Below, piece after piece: positions 29,595-38,606 of a stretch of DNA of 64,000 bases. The notes below the pieces were generated by a model. It saw only the letters and a list, made by a program, of their open reading frames with translations. It ran no database searches and was not told the DNA's origin. Position 1 is the stretch's first letter. Each line of letters begins with the position of its first letter. This DNA comes from an uncultured bacterium (GTDB lineage Bacteria > Patescibacteriota > Minisyncoccia > Moranbacterales > UBA2206): the NCBI GenBank assembly GCA_903937035.1, contig CAIZXS010000020.1, forward strand, positions 3,443-67,442. Direction: 5' to 3'. Position numbers and translations under genes: made by a program.

Positions 29595-31319
29595 TTATTG
29601 CTTTAAAAGAAGATCGCTTGTAACAGCCAACTCCGTTCTCTTCCAACTCTGGCGAAAACCTTCCAGATCACCAAAAAATGATTTTTTGGTTTTCTCATCC
29701 GCATCAATAAAATATATCAGATCAAAAAGCTTTTTCTGCTGCTCGTATTTTTCATCAAAATCCTCCGCAATATGATTGGAACTCAAGACCATCCGACCGG
29801 AGACTGTGCGCAATTGATAACCCATCATCGGATACGCCTTATAGAAAAGTTCGGAACATACGATAGAATTGTCTGTCAAAAAATCGAAGTCAAAATCATA
29901 AGGCTTTCCAAATTGTTCAAAAGCATAAATCAAAGCTTTCAATTTTTCTTCCTGAGAAATTTTTGGTCGAAGAACCACCGCATAATCTGCTGACATACTT
30001 TTCTCCAGGGTAAAAGAAACTACCCCTTCGCTTTCCGCCTCAAGTGTTCTTTTTTTATTATCCTTCAATTCTTCGTATAATTTCGGAAAATCTCTCTCGA
30101 TATATTCACTCATCGAAAGACCTTTCGTTAACTCCGACGGAGGGAAACTCAAATCCAAATCAGCCAGACTTCCTATGTAAATCACGGTGTGTTTCCAAAA
30201 TCCCGGCAGTCCCGCGTTACTCAGGTACCAATTCCTTCTTTGCAAAAAGACATCTCCGGGCAGAATATTGCTCTCGATTTGCTTGATTTTATCAGAATCG
30301 ATAAAAACAACATTGTCCAAAGGTATTCGCGTATCCCCAACTTTCTTCGCCACTTCTTTTTGAACAGGAAACCACCCTACAAACATATTCTTTTCGAAAT
30401 AATCGATTGCCCCATTGAAACCTATTTCCGGATTCTTACCAGTTCTTACTAGAATGTTCTTAAAATCCTTCTCAGCATATTGCTTAAGCCTAGCTAGGCC
30501 TCCCTGACTAATTTTTTGCCCATAAGCCTGCCCCGCAATTGTCTGAAGCATATTCTCTGATCGTAGCAAGTTTTTTTGAATCCTATAATAACTATTTTGA
30601 GGAATCTCATAGCTCGCAACTTCCTCATTTAATATTGTCTCGGTCAAAGGAATCGCTTCCACTTGCTTGACCAGATTCAATGAAGATGAGTAGTTAGCCA
30701 AAAATGTCGCATAAGCCAACATAAAACTGCGCTCATTAAGCTCCCGATCTGTCAGATAATTTATTTGATAAAAATAGCGATTCTCATTAGTAATATCCTC
30801 AAGGGCCAAGGAATAATTCAAATAATCTTGCCAAAGCTCCCTAGTCTTATTTTTATCTTCTAGGGTCAAAGCACTCAAGGAGTTGCTTTTAATTTGCCCC
30901 AGTAATAGCTTTTCTGTTTCGCGTAATTTTTGGATGTAATTTTCGGCGTACACTTGCTCTGAATTCATTTTTTCCGTCAAAGCGATTTTGTCTGCCTTAG
31001 CCATTTCAAAATTATCGACAGGGAAAAAACTCAAAATCATCCAAAGCGTCACAAATAATCCAAGCGAAATCACTAAAAACGGCAACCACCTCAAAAGAAC
31101 TTTCTTGTGTTCATTGTATTTTTTTGACAGAGCCATTATCAGCGCATAGATAAATATAGCCCAAGAAATTCCATACACAACAAAAGCCAGCGTTCGATGA
31201 TAGGGATAGAGCACCTTGAGCATTAAAATCGATAATGCGGTTATATTTACCACGTAACTCAAAACAATCAGCCAAGCGATTTTTTTGATGTTTACCTTTT
31301 TTTTGCTATTTTTTTTCAT
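29595..31319 (-). CDS. Membrane protein with C-terminal permuted papain-like NlpC/P60 (YiiX/YebB) domain
   Basis: Three N-terminal TMs; PGDV..., GFWKH..IY.G, EA..EGV, GKPYDF.F, CSEL; real start at Met55 because the track ORF extends through the tRNA. Confidence 0.85.
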   Translation of the reverse strand: MKKNSKKKVNIKKIAWLIVLSYVVNITALSILMLKVLYPYHRTLAFVVYGISWAIFIYALIMALSKKYNEHKKVLLRWLPFLVISLGLFVTLWMILSFFPVDNFEMAKADKIALTEKMNSEQVYAENYIQKLRETEKLLLGQIKSNSLSALTLEDKNKTRELWQDYLNYSLALEDITNENRYFYQINYLTDRELNERSFMLAYATFLANYSSSLNLVKQVEAIPLTETILNEEVASYEIPQNSYYRIQKNLLRSENMLQTIAGQAYGQKISQGGLARLKQYAEKDFKNILVRTGKNPEIGFNGAIDYFEKNMFVGWFPVQKEVAKKVGDTRIPLDNVVFIDSDKIKQIESNILPGDVFLQRRNWYLSNAGLPGFWKHTVIYIGSLADLDLSFPPSELTKGLSMSEYIERDFPKLYEELKDNKKRTLEAESEGVVSFTLEKSMSADYAVVLRPKISQEEKLKALIYAFEQFGKPYDFDFDFLTDNSIVCSELFYKAYPMMGYQLRTVSGRMVLSSNHIAEDFDEKYEQQKKLFDLIYFIDADEKTKKSFFGDLEGFRQSWKRTELAVTSDLLLKQ

Positions 31320-31381
31320 AGTTACCACACTCAAACAAGATGCAAAAAACCACTCAGACAAGAAAGGCGCTATATTATTAG

Positions 31382-31452
31382 TTCGGAGATAGGGATTCGA
31401 ACCCCAATTAACAGAGTCAGAGTCTGTTGTCCTACCGTTAGACGATCTCCGA
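31382..31452 (-). tRNA. tRNA-Gln (anticodon CTG), CCA not encoded
   Basis: TCGGAGA TC GTCTAACGGTAGGAC A ACAGA-CT CTG AC-TCTGT TAAT TGGGG TTCGAAT CCCTA TCTCCGA A. Confidence 0.95.
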
Positions 31453-31548
31453 ATATTCCATTTTATTACAACGCTATCCATATCCGGAAGTCTTATTTAC
31501 CTTACTTCGCTCCGCCGCAGTGCCGAGTACTCTCGGGACGAAGGAGAG

Positions 31549-31568
31549 CCGTTAGACGATCTCCGAAT
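31549..31568 (-). repeat. Exact 20-bp copy of the tRNA-Gln 5' end
   Basis: ccgttagacgatctccgaat at 31435-31454 and 31549-31568. Confidence 0.88.
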
Positions 31569-31605
31569 GACTCCTAAATCATATTACAAAACAACTGCTT
31601 TGGCA

Positions 31606-31633
31606 AAAAAATTCAGGCCTGCTTGGCCTGAAT
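31606..31633 (-). terminator. Intrinsic terminator after ftsZ
   Basis: attcaggcc-tgctt-ggcctgaat with an adjacent A-run (U-tract on the minus strand). Confidence 0.7.
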
Positions 31634-31657
31634 CTTAAAAGCTAAAATAATTCCTGC

Positions 31658-32890
31658 CTATTTCCCCATTTTTCTGCGAATAAAGGCTGGGATTTCCAAC
31701 TCGTCGTCGTCATCCTCATCGGACAATTCCTTATCTTTTTGCATGAAAGCTGTTGATCTTTGAATTTTTGGTGGAACCTTTTCTTCGATAATCATTCTTG
31801 ATTCCTCTCTGACTGAAAAAGTGTTTTTCAAATCTTCCTCTGGCTCATCGCGAATAATGGAAATTTCCGGCTCAGCTGCCACTTTCACTCTTGATAATCT
31901 TTCCATCGGAGACAAGCGAGACTCACTAATCATCTCCTCATCAAATCCAGTTGCCACAACGGTAATTTGCACCTCACCTTTTTTGAGCGTTTCATCAACC
32001 ACCGCTCCAAAGATAACCTTCGCATTTGGATCGATTGCTTCCGTGATGATGTTAGCCGCTTCATTAATCTCGAGCATCGTAAGATCAGAAGATCCAGAGA
32101 CATTGAAAAGCACGCCTTTAGCACCATCAATTGAAAGCTCTAGTAGCGGACTGTTAATTGCCGCTTTCGCTGCTTCGGCTGCACGATTCTCACCAGTACC
32201 AATTCCGATTCCCATAAGCGCTGAACCACTATTACTCATAATGGCCTTCACGTCAGCAAAGTCAACATTAACGATACCTGGCTTAGTAATTAAATCAGAA
32301 ATACCTTGCACACCTTGACGGAGTACATCATCAACAATCTTAAAAGAATTAATAAGGGTGGTTTTCTTGTCAATTATTTGCAGCAACTTATCATTAGGAA
32401 TCGTAATTAGCGTGTCCACTCGTTCTCGCAAATTCTGCAGACCTTCCTCAGCAATTGCTCTTCTTTGCGCACCCTCAAAGCTAAAAGGTTTCGTAACAAC
32501 AGCCACCGTAAGAGCGCCTAGCTCCTTTGCGGCCTCTGCAACAATCGGAGCAGCTCCGGTTCCCGTTCCTCCACCGAGTCCACAAGTAATGAAAACCATA
32601 TCAGCACCTTTCAGCACATCCAAAATTTCATCACGATTTTCCTCCGCTGCTTGACGACCGATATCCGGGTTCATTCCTGCGCCAAGACCCTTGGTCAAAT
32701 TCTTTCCGATGTGCACTTTCTCAGCTGCTTTATTATGATGCAAATCTTGAGCATCCGTATTGATTGCAACAAATTCTACTCCTTTAATTTTAGTTTCGAT
32801 CATGCGACTGATTCCATGCCCTCCTGATCCGCCGACACCAACCACTTTGATGCGCGCAAAAGTTTCTACCGGTGGTTTTATTTCTGCCAT
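31658..32890 (-). CDS. ftsZ: Cell division protein FtsZ
   Basis: GGGTGTGAAP, NVDFAD, C-terminal LEIPAFIRR. Confidence 0.98.
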   Translation of the reverse strand: MAEIKPPVETFARIKVVGVGGSGGHGISRMIETKIKGVEFVAINTDAQDLHHNKAAEKVHIGKNLTKGLGAGMNPDIGRQAAEENRDEILDVLKGADMVFITCGLGGGTGTGAAPIVAEAAKELGALTVAVVTKPFSFEGAQRRAIAEEGLQNLRERVDTLITIPNDKLLQIIDKKTTLINSFKIVDDVLRQGVQGISDLITKPGIVNVDFADVKAIMSNSGSALMGIGIGTGENRAAEAAKAAINSPLLELSIDGAKGVLFNVSGSSDLTMLEINEAANIITEAIDPNAKVIFGAVVDETLKKGEVQITVVATGFDEEMISESRLSPMERLSRVKVAAEPEISIIRDEPEEDLKNTFSVREESRMIIEEKVPPKIQRSTAFMQKDKELSDEDDDDELEIPAFIRRKMGK

Positions 32891-33120
32891 ATATTTTTAT
32901 TGATGAATAGAAAATTTAAATAAACAAAAACACAGATTCTTCGAAATCTATTTTAAAAATTTTATTTTTTATTTTGGTTTTACTGACTGCCAATCGGCAT
33001 CGATTCTCAGCCCTTTTTTCGTTAATTAAATCTAGCATATTAGATTAGTAACTGTCAAACAGAGAATTAATACCACTTAACGACAACTTCAAAACCCAAA
33101 TCGCCCAATTTTAGGGCAAA

Positions 33121-34386
33121 TTAGGGTAAAAATTTTCCAAACCATTTCTTCATACCATCTACCTTTCCTCCCATATCCGAGATAACCCCTCCAACCATTT
33201 TATTTCCAAAACCACCCCCACCCTTCTTGGACCCCTGACCCTCCTCAAGTCCCCATAAAATCAGACCAACCACTGTCGCGAAAGCGGGATCATCAATTTT
33301 ATCCACCAAACCACCTAAAGGAATAGGGAAACCAGTTTGCGAAGGCAGGGCTAAAATGTTCTTTGCCAAATCAACACAACCCGGCAATTTCGCAGTACCA
33401 CCAGTAATCACCGCTCCAGCAGGAAGTAAACGTTCCTTTCCAATTAGCTTTAATTCCTTATTTACCATCGTGAAAATCTCTTCCAACCGAGCTTCAATTA
33501 TTTCTGCCACATGATGCCGAGAAACAATCCCTTCTTCACTTGAATCCATCTGAGAAAGATCGATATTTTCTTTTTTTCCAATCTCTTTTGGACTCGCGTT
33601 GCCAAATTCTAATTTAATTTTCTCCGCCACATCAATTGAGGTGCGAAGACCAATCGCGATATCATTGGTAATATGATTGCCACCAATCGGGATAACTGAA
33701 ACACGAAGTAAGTCATTTTCCTCAAAAACAGCGACCGACGTTGAGCCACCGCCAATGTCAACAAGCACCACTCCAAGTTCTTTTTGTCTTTTGGAAAGCA
33801 CTGCCTTGGCAGCAGCCAAGGGAGAGAGAACGAAACTTTCCGCAACAACGCCCGCCTCCTCAATACATTTATTCAAATTTTTAATATGCGGGGTTGATCC
33901 TTCAATGATCATGGCGTCAACTTCAAGCCTCACACCACTCATGCCAAGCGGATCGCGAATATTTTTTTGATCATCCAATGAATAGTTTTTGGGAATTATA
34001 TGGATAATTTCCTTATTTGGCGGAATCGAAATGGCTTGTGCAGCATTAATCACACGAGCGATATCATCAGATACCACTTCTCCATCAGCCCTACCAACCG
34101 CAATCACACCCTTGGAATACTGTGAAGATATGTGATTTCCTCCAATTCCCGTAATGGCATACTTGACTTCAACACCAGCAGTCCTTTCTGCAACCGCCAT
34201 AGATTCATTGATTGATTTAATAATCTCCTCAAGATCGACAATAATTCCACGCCGCACACCAAACGCAGGCGCCATTCCAACGCCAATCACTCGCAAGTTT
34301 TCTTCCGTAGGAATAATCTGAGCAATCACTGTGCGAACAAATGAAGAGCCGATATCTAGGCCCACAATAATCTCTTTTTTTGACAT
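33121..34386 (-). CDS. ftsA: Cell division protein FtsA
   Basis: GLDIGS, DIGGGST, GGNHITNDIA, TGGTA; upstream of ftsZ. Confidence 0.97.
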   Translation of the reverse strand: MSKKEIIVGLDIGSSFVRTVIAQIIPTEENLRVIGVGMAPAFGVRRGIIVDLEEIIKSINESMAVAERTAGVEVKYAITGIGGNHISSQYSKGVIAVGRADGEVVSDDIARVINAAQAISIPPNKEIIHIIPKNYSLDDQKNIRDPLGMSGVRLEVDAMIIEGSTPHIKNLNKCIEEAGVVAESFVLSPLAAAKAVLSKRQKELGVVLVDIGGGSTSVAVFEENDLLRVSVIPIGGNHITNDIAIGLRTSIDVAEKIKLEFGNASPKEIGKKENIDLSQMDSSEEGIVSRHHVAEIIEARLEEIFTMVNKELKLIGKERLLPAGAVITGGTAKLPGCVDLAKNILALPSQTGFPIPLGGLVDKIDDPAFATVVGLILWGLEEGQGSKKGGGGFGNKMVGGVISDMGGKVDGMKKWFGKFLP

Positions 34387-34463
34387 GCCTTATTTTTATT
34401 TCTTAACTCGCATTATAAATTATATTACATTTAACCATAATCAACAACACCCAGAAACGTAGA

Positions 34464-34844
34464 CTAAAAGCGCCAAAGAGCAAAAATGTACGGTAAAAAA
34501 ATAATAAAACCAATAATCACTGCAAAAATCGCCGATATAAGGACAATTGCCGCCATCAAATCTTTGATCAGTCGCGCATAAGGATGTATCCTTGGCTTCA
34601 AGATATCCACCACTCTTTCTACTACGGTGTTTAAAAGCTCCAAGATCAAAACGCCAGCAATCACCAAAACCAGAGCGACTGTTTCTGTGCGCGTTACATT
34701 AAAATAAATCATGGCCAAGATAACCACGAAAGATATCACTAATTCATTTTGAAAATTCTTCTCATTCTTGATAACATGCACCAGTCCGCGCAGCGCACAA
34801 GAGAGGCTTTTGACAAATTGATCAATTCGGTTTATTCCAGTCAT
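34464..34844 (-). CDS. dgkA: Diacylglycerol/undecaprenol kinase family protein
   Basis: A.RGL......E.NF, ELLNT.VE.VVD, IKD..A. Confidence 0.88.
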   Translation of the reverse strand: MTGINRIDQFVKSLSCALRGLVHVIKNEKNFQNELVISFVVILAMIYFNVTRTETVALVLVIAGVLILELLNTVVERVVDILKPRIHPYARLIKDLMAAIVLISAIFAVIIGFIIFLPYIFALWRF

Positions 34845-34891
34845 TATATAAATAAATTACCAGTTAATAAGATCTACTCTAAAACTCTTCT

Positions 34892-35356
34892 TCACACTGT
34901 AGTTTCAGCGAAGGAGGATGCCACGGCATCCTGAAGAGCGAACATCTTCTTGCCATGCAAAAATCCAAGCAAATGCAAAACACCATGAGCAATAATTCTT
35001 GCCAGTTCTTTTTGCAAATCATTTTCTGAGGAACACTGGGTGGCAGATTCTTTAATATAATTATAACACAAAATAAGCTCTCCGAGAAATAGTTCCGATT
35101 CAAGATTTTTTCGCAGCTGACTTGTGTCGTCATATTCACAAAAAGACAAAACGTCTGTGGCTTTGTTTTTCTTGCGATAAAGCTTATTAATCTCTCGCAT
35201 CTCACTTTCCGAAACCCAGGCCATGCTCAAATTAAGACTCTTATCAGCCAATTCAAAATAGCCACTCTTCTCCAGCGTTCTTGAGACTACTTTTTTGATA
35301 AAAGCTTTTCTGACTGGACTCTTATCGGTATTATTAATTTCTAGGATTAGTTTCAT
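34892..35356 (-). CDS. ybeY: rRNA maturation endoribonuclease YbeY
   Basis: N..YR.K...TDVLSF, HGVLHLLGF.H. Confidence 0.95.
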   Translation of the reverse strand: MKLILEINNTDKSPVRKAFIKKVVSRTLEKSGYFELADKSLNLSMAWVSESEMREINKLYRKKNKATDVLSFCEYDDTSQLRKNLESELFLGELILCYNYIKESATQCSSENDLQKELARIIAHGVLHLLGFLHGKKMFALQDAVASSFAETTV

Positions 35357-35359
35357 AGT

Positions 35360-36070
35360 CTATTTTTTCCTTGCAATTAAAATAATATTTTTTCCACTGG
35401 CCAAAAAACATTTTTCAATTTCAAATCCCGCTGATTGAAAAATATTTGAGAGGCTTTTTGTGGTATACATGCGATGATAACGATTGAACACCTCGCCTTG
35501 ATTTATTTGAAATGGAATGAAAATATCACCAAGCCCAAAACCACGATATTTTCCTGATTGAAAAATTTTTCCAAAAAAAGCCGGAAAATTGAAGATATCT
35601 TTGCGTCTTTTCTTTTGCCAAAGATTCCAGGCTGTAATCACAACCGTTCCACCAGGCTTCGTAATGCGAAAGAGTTCTTTTGTTATATCGCCGGCATGTT
35701 CCTTTGGAAAGTGATGAAAAACTGCCACGGAAACAATTCTATTGAAAAAATCCGCCGGAAATGCTAGACTAGCTTGACTGGTGATCTTAGAAATAGACGC
35801 CACATGTTCAGGATACTTTACCTTTGCCAAGTCAATCAGTTTTTGCGAAACATCCACTCCGACATATTCGATTTTTTTGTCTTTCAAAATTTCCAAAAGT
35901 CGACCATTGCCACAGCCATAATCAAGAATCTTGTCCCCATCATGGATATAATCGGCAATAAAAGCTAAATCGCCCCAAAAGTTTTTTCGAGTATGCGAAA
36001 ACTTATCAGCTACCAAATCATAGCCACTCTCCGTTTCCTTGAGAATATTTAATATTATCTCTTGTTTCAT
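35360..36070 (-). CDS. Class I SAM methyltransferase, Trm9/ALKBH8-like
   Basis: YDLVADKFSHTR...W, LDYGCGNG, GVD.S, SVAVFHH, ITAW, DIFIPF, RYHRMY; start at Met14. Confidence 0.75.
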   Translation of the reverse strand: MKQEIILNILKETESGYDLVADKFSHTRKNFWGDLAFIADYIHDGDKILDYGCGNGRLLEILKDKKIEYVGVDVSQKLIDLAKVKYPEHVASISKITSQASLAFPADFFNRIVSVAVFHHFPKEHAGDITKELFRITKPGGTVVITAWNLWQKKRRKDIFNFPAFFGKIFQSGKYRGFGLGDIFIPFQINQGEVFNRYHRMYTTKSLSNIFQSAGFEIEKCFLASGKNIILIARKK

Positions 36071-36072
36071 AT

Positions 36073-37701
36073 ATGCTTCAATCCTACGACGAATTTGTAA
36101 AATGTGCAATGAAAGAGCTTATATCCACCTCTGGTGAGTTTTTGCGTATCAAAAAAAATGTCTCTAAACTCTTACAAATTCCCGTCCCAACCAACGCTGA
36201 CCTACGCGAAGCTTATGAAAAATTAATCCTAGTAAAAAAAATTAAAAGAAATCTGGCTTTTGAAAACGTCCTTATTAGCAAAAAAATTCGCACACGCTCT
36301 GGTGTTGCTGTTATCGCAGTTCTCACTAAGCCTTATCCTTGCCCAGGAAAATGCCTCTATTGCCCCAGTGAATCCAAGATGCCCAAGAGTTACCTTAAAA
36401 ATGAGCCAGCTGTTATGCGAGCCATCTCCGTCAAATTCAATCCCTACGCCCAAGTGCAAAAACGCTTGCACGCGTTGGAATTAAATGGACACAAAACGGA
36501 CAAAATTGAACTGATCGTGATGGGTGGAACCTTTTCCTATTTTCCCAAAAAATATCAAAGTTGGTTTATTCTGGAATGTTTTCGGGCAGCGAATGATTAT
36601 GGTCATAAAACATATAACATAAAACATAAAACAATAGATGCAAAGACGCCCCAGCGTGGCGTCTCTACCACATTAGGCCGCGAACAAAAGAAAAATGAAA
36701 CCGCCAAACGCCGAATTATTGGGCTAACATTAGAAACTCGACCAGATTATATCGATGAAAAAGAAATTCTCAATTTTCGTGCCCTTGGTTGCACAAGAGT
36801 AGAACTGGGCGTGCAAAGTATTTTTGATGACGTGCTCGAAAAGAATAACCGCGGGCATGATGTGTCCGAAACAATCCGCGCCACAAAGTTTCTCAAAAAC
36901 GCCGGCTTCAAAATCAACTATCACATGATGCCGGGACTTTATGGGTCGGACGCCAAAAAAGATTATCAAATGTTCGAAAAATTGTTCTCCTCGCCAGATT
37001 TCCAACCTGATATGCTTAAAATCTATCCAACGGTTGTTCTACGCGATAGCGCGCTCTATGCTGTTTGGAAAAAAGGAAAATATAAAGCGCTAAGCGACAA
37101 ACAATTTGAAGAATTCATTCTTCGCGTAAAAAATAATCTCATCCCCCCTTACGTCCGAATTGCTCGCCTTGTGCGCGACGTCCCAGCTGAATCAATCATT
37201 GCTGGACCGATTGTTTCTAATTTACGGCAATTGATTGCCGAAAAATCCCAGTGTCAATGCATTCGTTGCCGAGAGGTTGGTGGAAATTTCAAGCCCAAGG
37301 AAAGTATAATTCTCAACCGCATCGATTATGATGCATCAAATGGGAAGGAAATATTTTTGGAATACGTAACGAAAGACACAAAAAAACTTTTTGCTCTTCT
37401 ACGCTTGCGCATAAATCCACTTGAGACGAGAAATCAAAAAACTGGCGTTCCCGCTCTCAAAAATTCCGCCATCATCCGCGAAGTACATACTTATGGAAAA
37501 ATGACACAGCTTAATAAAAAAGATCTAAAATCACCTCAACATATTGGCCTTGGAAAAAAACTCATTGCCGAAGCCCAAAAAATTGCCAAGGATGAATTTG
37601 GCCTCAAAAAAATTGCTGTTATTTCCGGCATCGGCGCGAGAGAATATTATAGAAAGCTGGGATATAAACTAAAAGATAGTTATATGCTAAAATATCTTTA
37701 A
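36073..37701 (+). CDS. elp3: Elp3-type tRNA U34 carboxymethylation enzyme (radical SAM + KAT)
   Basis: RTRSGVAV, CPGKCLYCP, MGGTF, ETRPD, ELGVQS, H.MPGL, KIYPT, CQCIRCRE, REVHTYG, QHIGLG, SGIGAREYY.KLGY; start could be Met13. Confidence 0.93.
   Translation: MLQSYDEFVKCAMKELISTSGEFLRIKKNVSKLLQIPVPTNADLREAYEKLILVKKIKRNLAFENVLISKKIRTRSGVAVIAVLTKPYPCPGKCLYCPSESKMPKSYLKNEPAVMRAISVKFNPYAQVQKRLHALELNGHKTDKIELIVMGGTFSYFPKKYQSWFILECFRAANDYGHKTYNIKHKTIDAKTPQRGVSTTLGREQKKNETAKRRIIGLTLETRPDYIDEKEILNFRALGCTRVELGVQSIFDDVLEKNNRGHDVSETIRATKFLKNAGFKINYHMMPGLYGSDAKKDYQMFEKLFSSPDFQPDMLKIYPTVVLRDSALYAVWKKGKYKALSDKQFEEFILRVKNNLIPPYVRIARLVRDVPAESIIAGPIVSNLRQLIAEKSQCQCIRCREVGGNFKPKESIILNRIDYDASNGKEIFLEYVTKDTKKLFALLRLRINPLETRNQKTGVPALKNSAIIREVHTYGKMTQLNKKDLKSPQHIGLGKKLIAEAQKIAKDEFGLKKIAVISGIGAREYYRKLGYKLKDSYMLKYL
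36604..36668. repeat. Heptamer repeat plus REP palindrome in frame within elp3
   Basis: cataaaa catataa cataaaa cataaaa, then AGACGCC-CCAGCGT-GGCGTCT-CTAC. Confidence 0.75.
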
Positions 37702-37722
37702 CCTAATTTTTAATAAAAAACT

Positions 37723-38121
37723 ATGAACCCAAAAATCATCATCGCATCTGGTCCAGTCATTGTAGAGGACAATAAAGTTCTCCTTGCTGTTCAAGGAGAA
37801 GATAATTTCTGGAAGTTTTGCGGAGGAAGAGTGAAGGAAGGCGAGACGCTTGAAGAAACTACCAAGAGAAGAGCAAAAGAAGAATTAGGAATTGAAATTG
37901 AAATCACGGACGAAAAACCACAACTCTTTCACACCACAAAAGAATCCGCAGATGGACCAATTGATGTTATCCTTGTACACTACGCCGCAAAACGGATCGG
38001 GGAGATACGGCCAGGATCAGACATTCGCGAATGGAAATGGATTGTAATCGAAGAATTGGAATCAGAAAATCTAGCACCAAATATTCTTCCAACACTCATG
38101 AATTTTGGACTTTTCGCATAA
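37723..38121 (+). CDS. NUDIX hydrolase
   Basis: GGRVKEGETLEETTKRRAKEELG (variant Nudix box). Confidence 0.85.
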   Translation: MNPKIIIASGPVIVEDNKVLLAVQGEDNFWKFCGGRVKEGETLEETTKRRAKEELGIEIEITDEKPQLFHTTKESADGPIDVILVHYAAKRIGEIRPGSDIREWKWIVIEELESENLAPNILPTLMNFGLFA

Positions 38122-38173
38122 AACGCGACCCTTAAACCACAAATCGCATTAGAAAAACCATCAAACGCCACTC

Positions 38174-38202
38174 TTGACAAGATGGCGTTTTTGTGCTAGT
38201 AT
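38174..38202 (+). promoter_or_regulatory. Near-consensus sigma70 promoter overlapped by an inverted repeat
   Basis: TTGACA-17 bp-TAGTAT with extended TG; AAACGCCA..TGGCGTTT palindrome spans the -35. Confidence 0.7.
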
Positions 38203-38251
38203 TAAGGGCTATAAAATAAAACAAACCACAAACAATAAAAGGAGGCAAAAA

Positions 38252-38533
38252 ATGAAATTTCCAGATAATTTCATTAGAAAGGTTATGGCAACATACGCCA
38301 ATCCCAAGTACCCAGGAGCATCAAGAAAGCTTAGAAGGATCCTGGTCAATGGGAATGTTGCGTATCTGGAACTGTTTCTAAATGTTGGAGCGAAAAGTCT
38401 TGAAATGGGCTTCTACGAGGAACTCGTCGCTGCCATTGAAGACAGACCAAGGCTAAACGCCAGAAAAATTGCCCACGCACAGCGGGCAAAGTTATACCAA
38501 GAATTCAAAGAAATGTTTGAACACGCGAGCTAA
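38252..38533 (+). CDS. Hypothetical protein (93 aa)
   Basis: AAGGAGG SD 6 nt before ATG 38252; own promoter and terminator. Confidence 0.7.
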   Translation: MKFPDNFIRKVMATYANPKYPGASRKLRRILVNGNVAYLELFLNVGAKSLEMGFYEELVAAIEDRPRLNARKIAHAQRAKLYQEFKEMFEHAS

Positions 38534-38557
38534 TATACTGTCCGCATTCACATTTCG

Positions 38558-38593
38558 AAAACCGCCAAATTCTCTCAAGGATAGGCGGTTTTT
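38558..38593. terminator. Bidirectional terminator
   Basis: aaaaccgcc ... ggcggttttt between convergent genes. Confidence 0.65.
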
Positions 38594-38606
38594 CATTGAT
38601 TGAAAC

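Noticed and set aside
31320-31481. N-terminal 54 aa of the 628-aa track ORF
   Set aside because: It runs through tRNA-Gln; the real start is most likely ATG 31319
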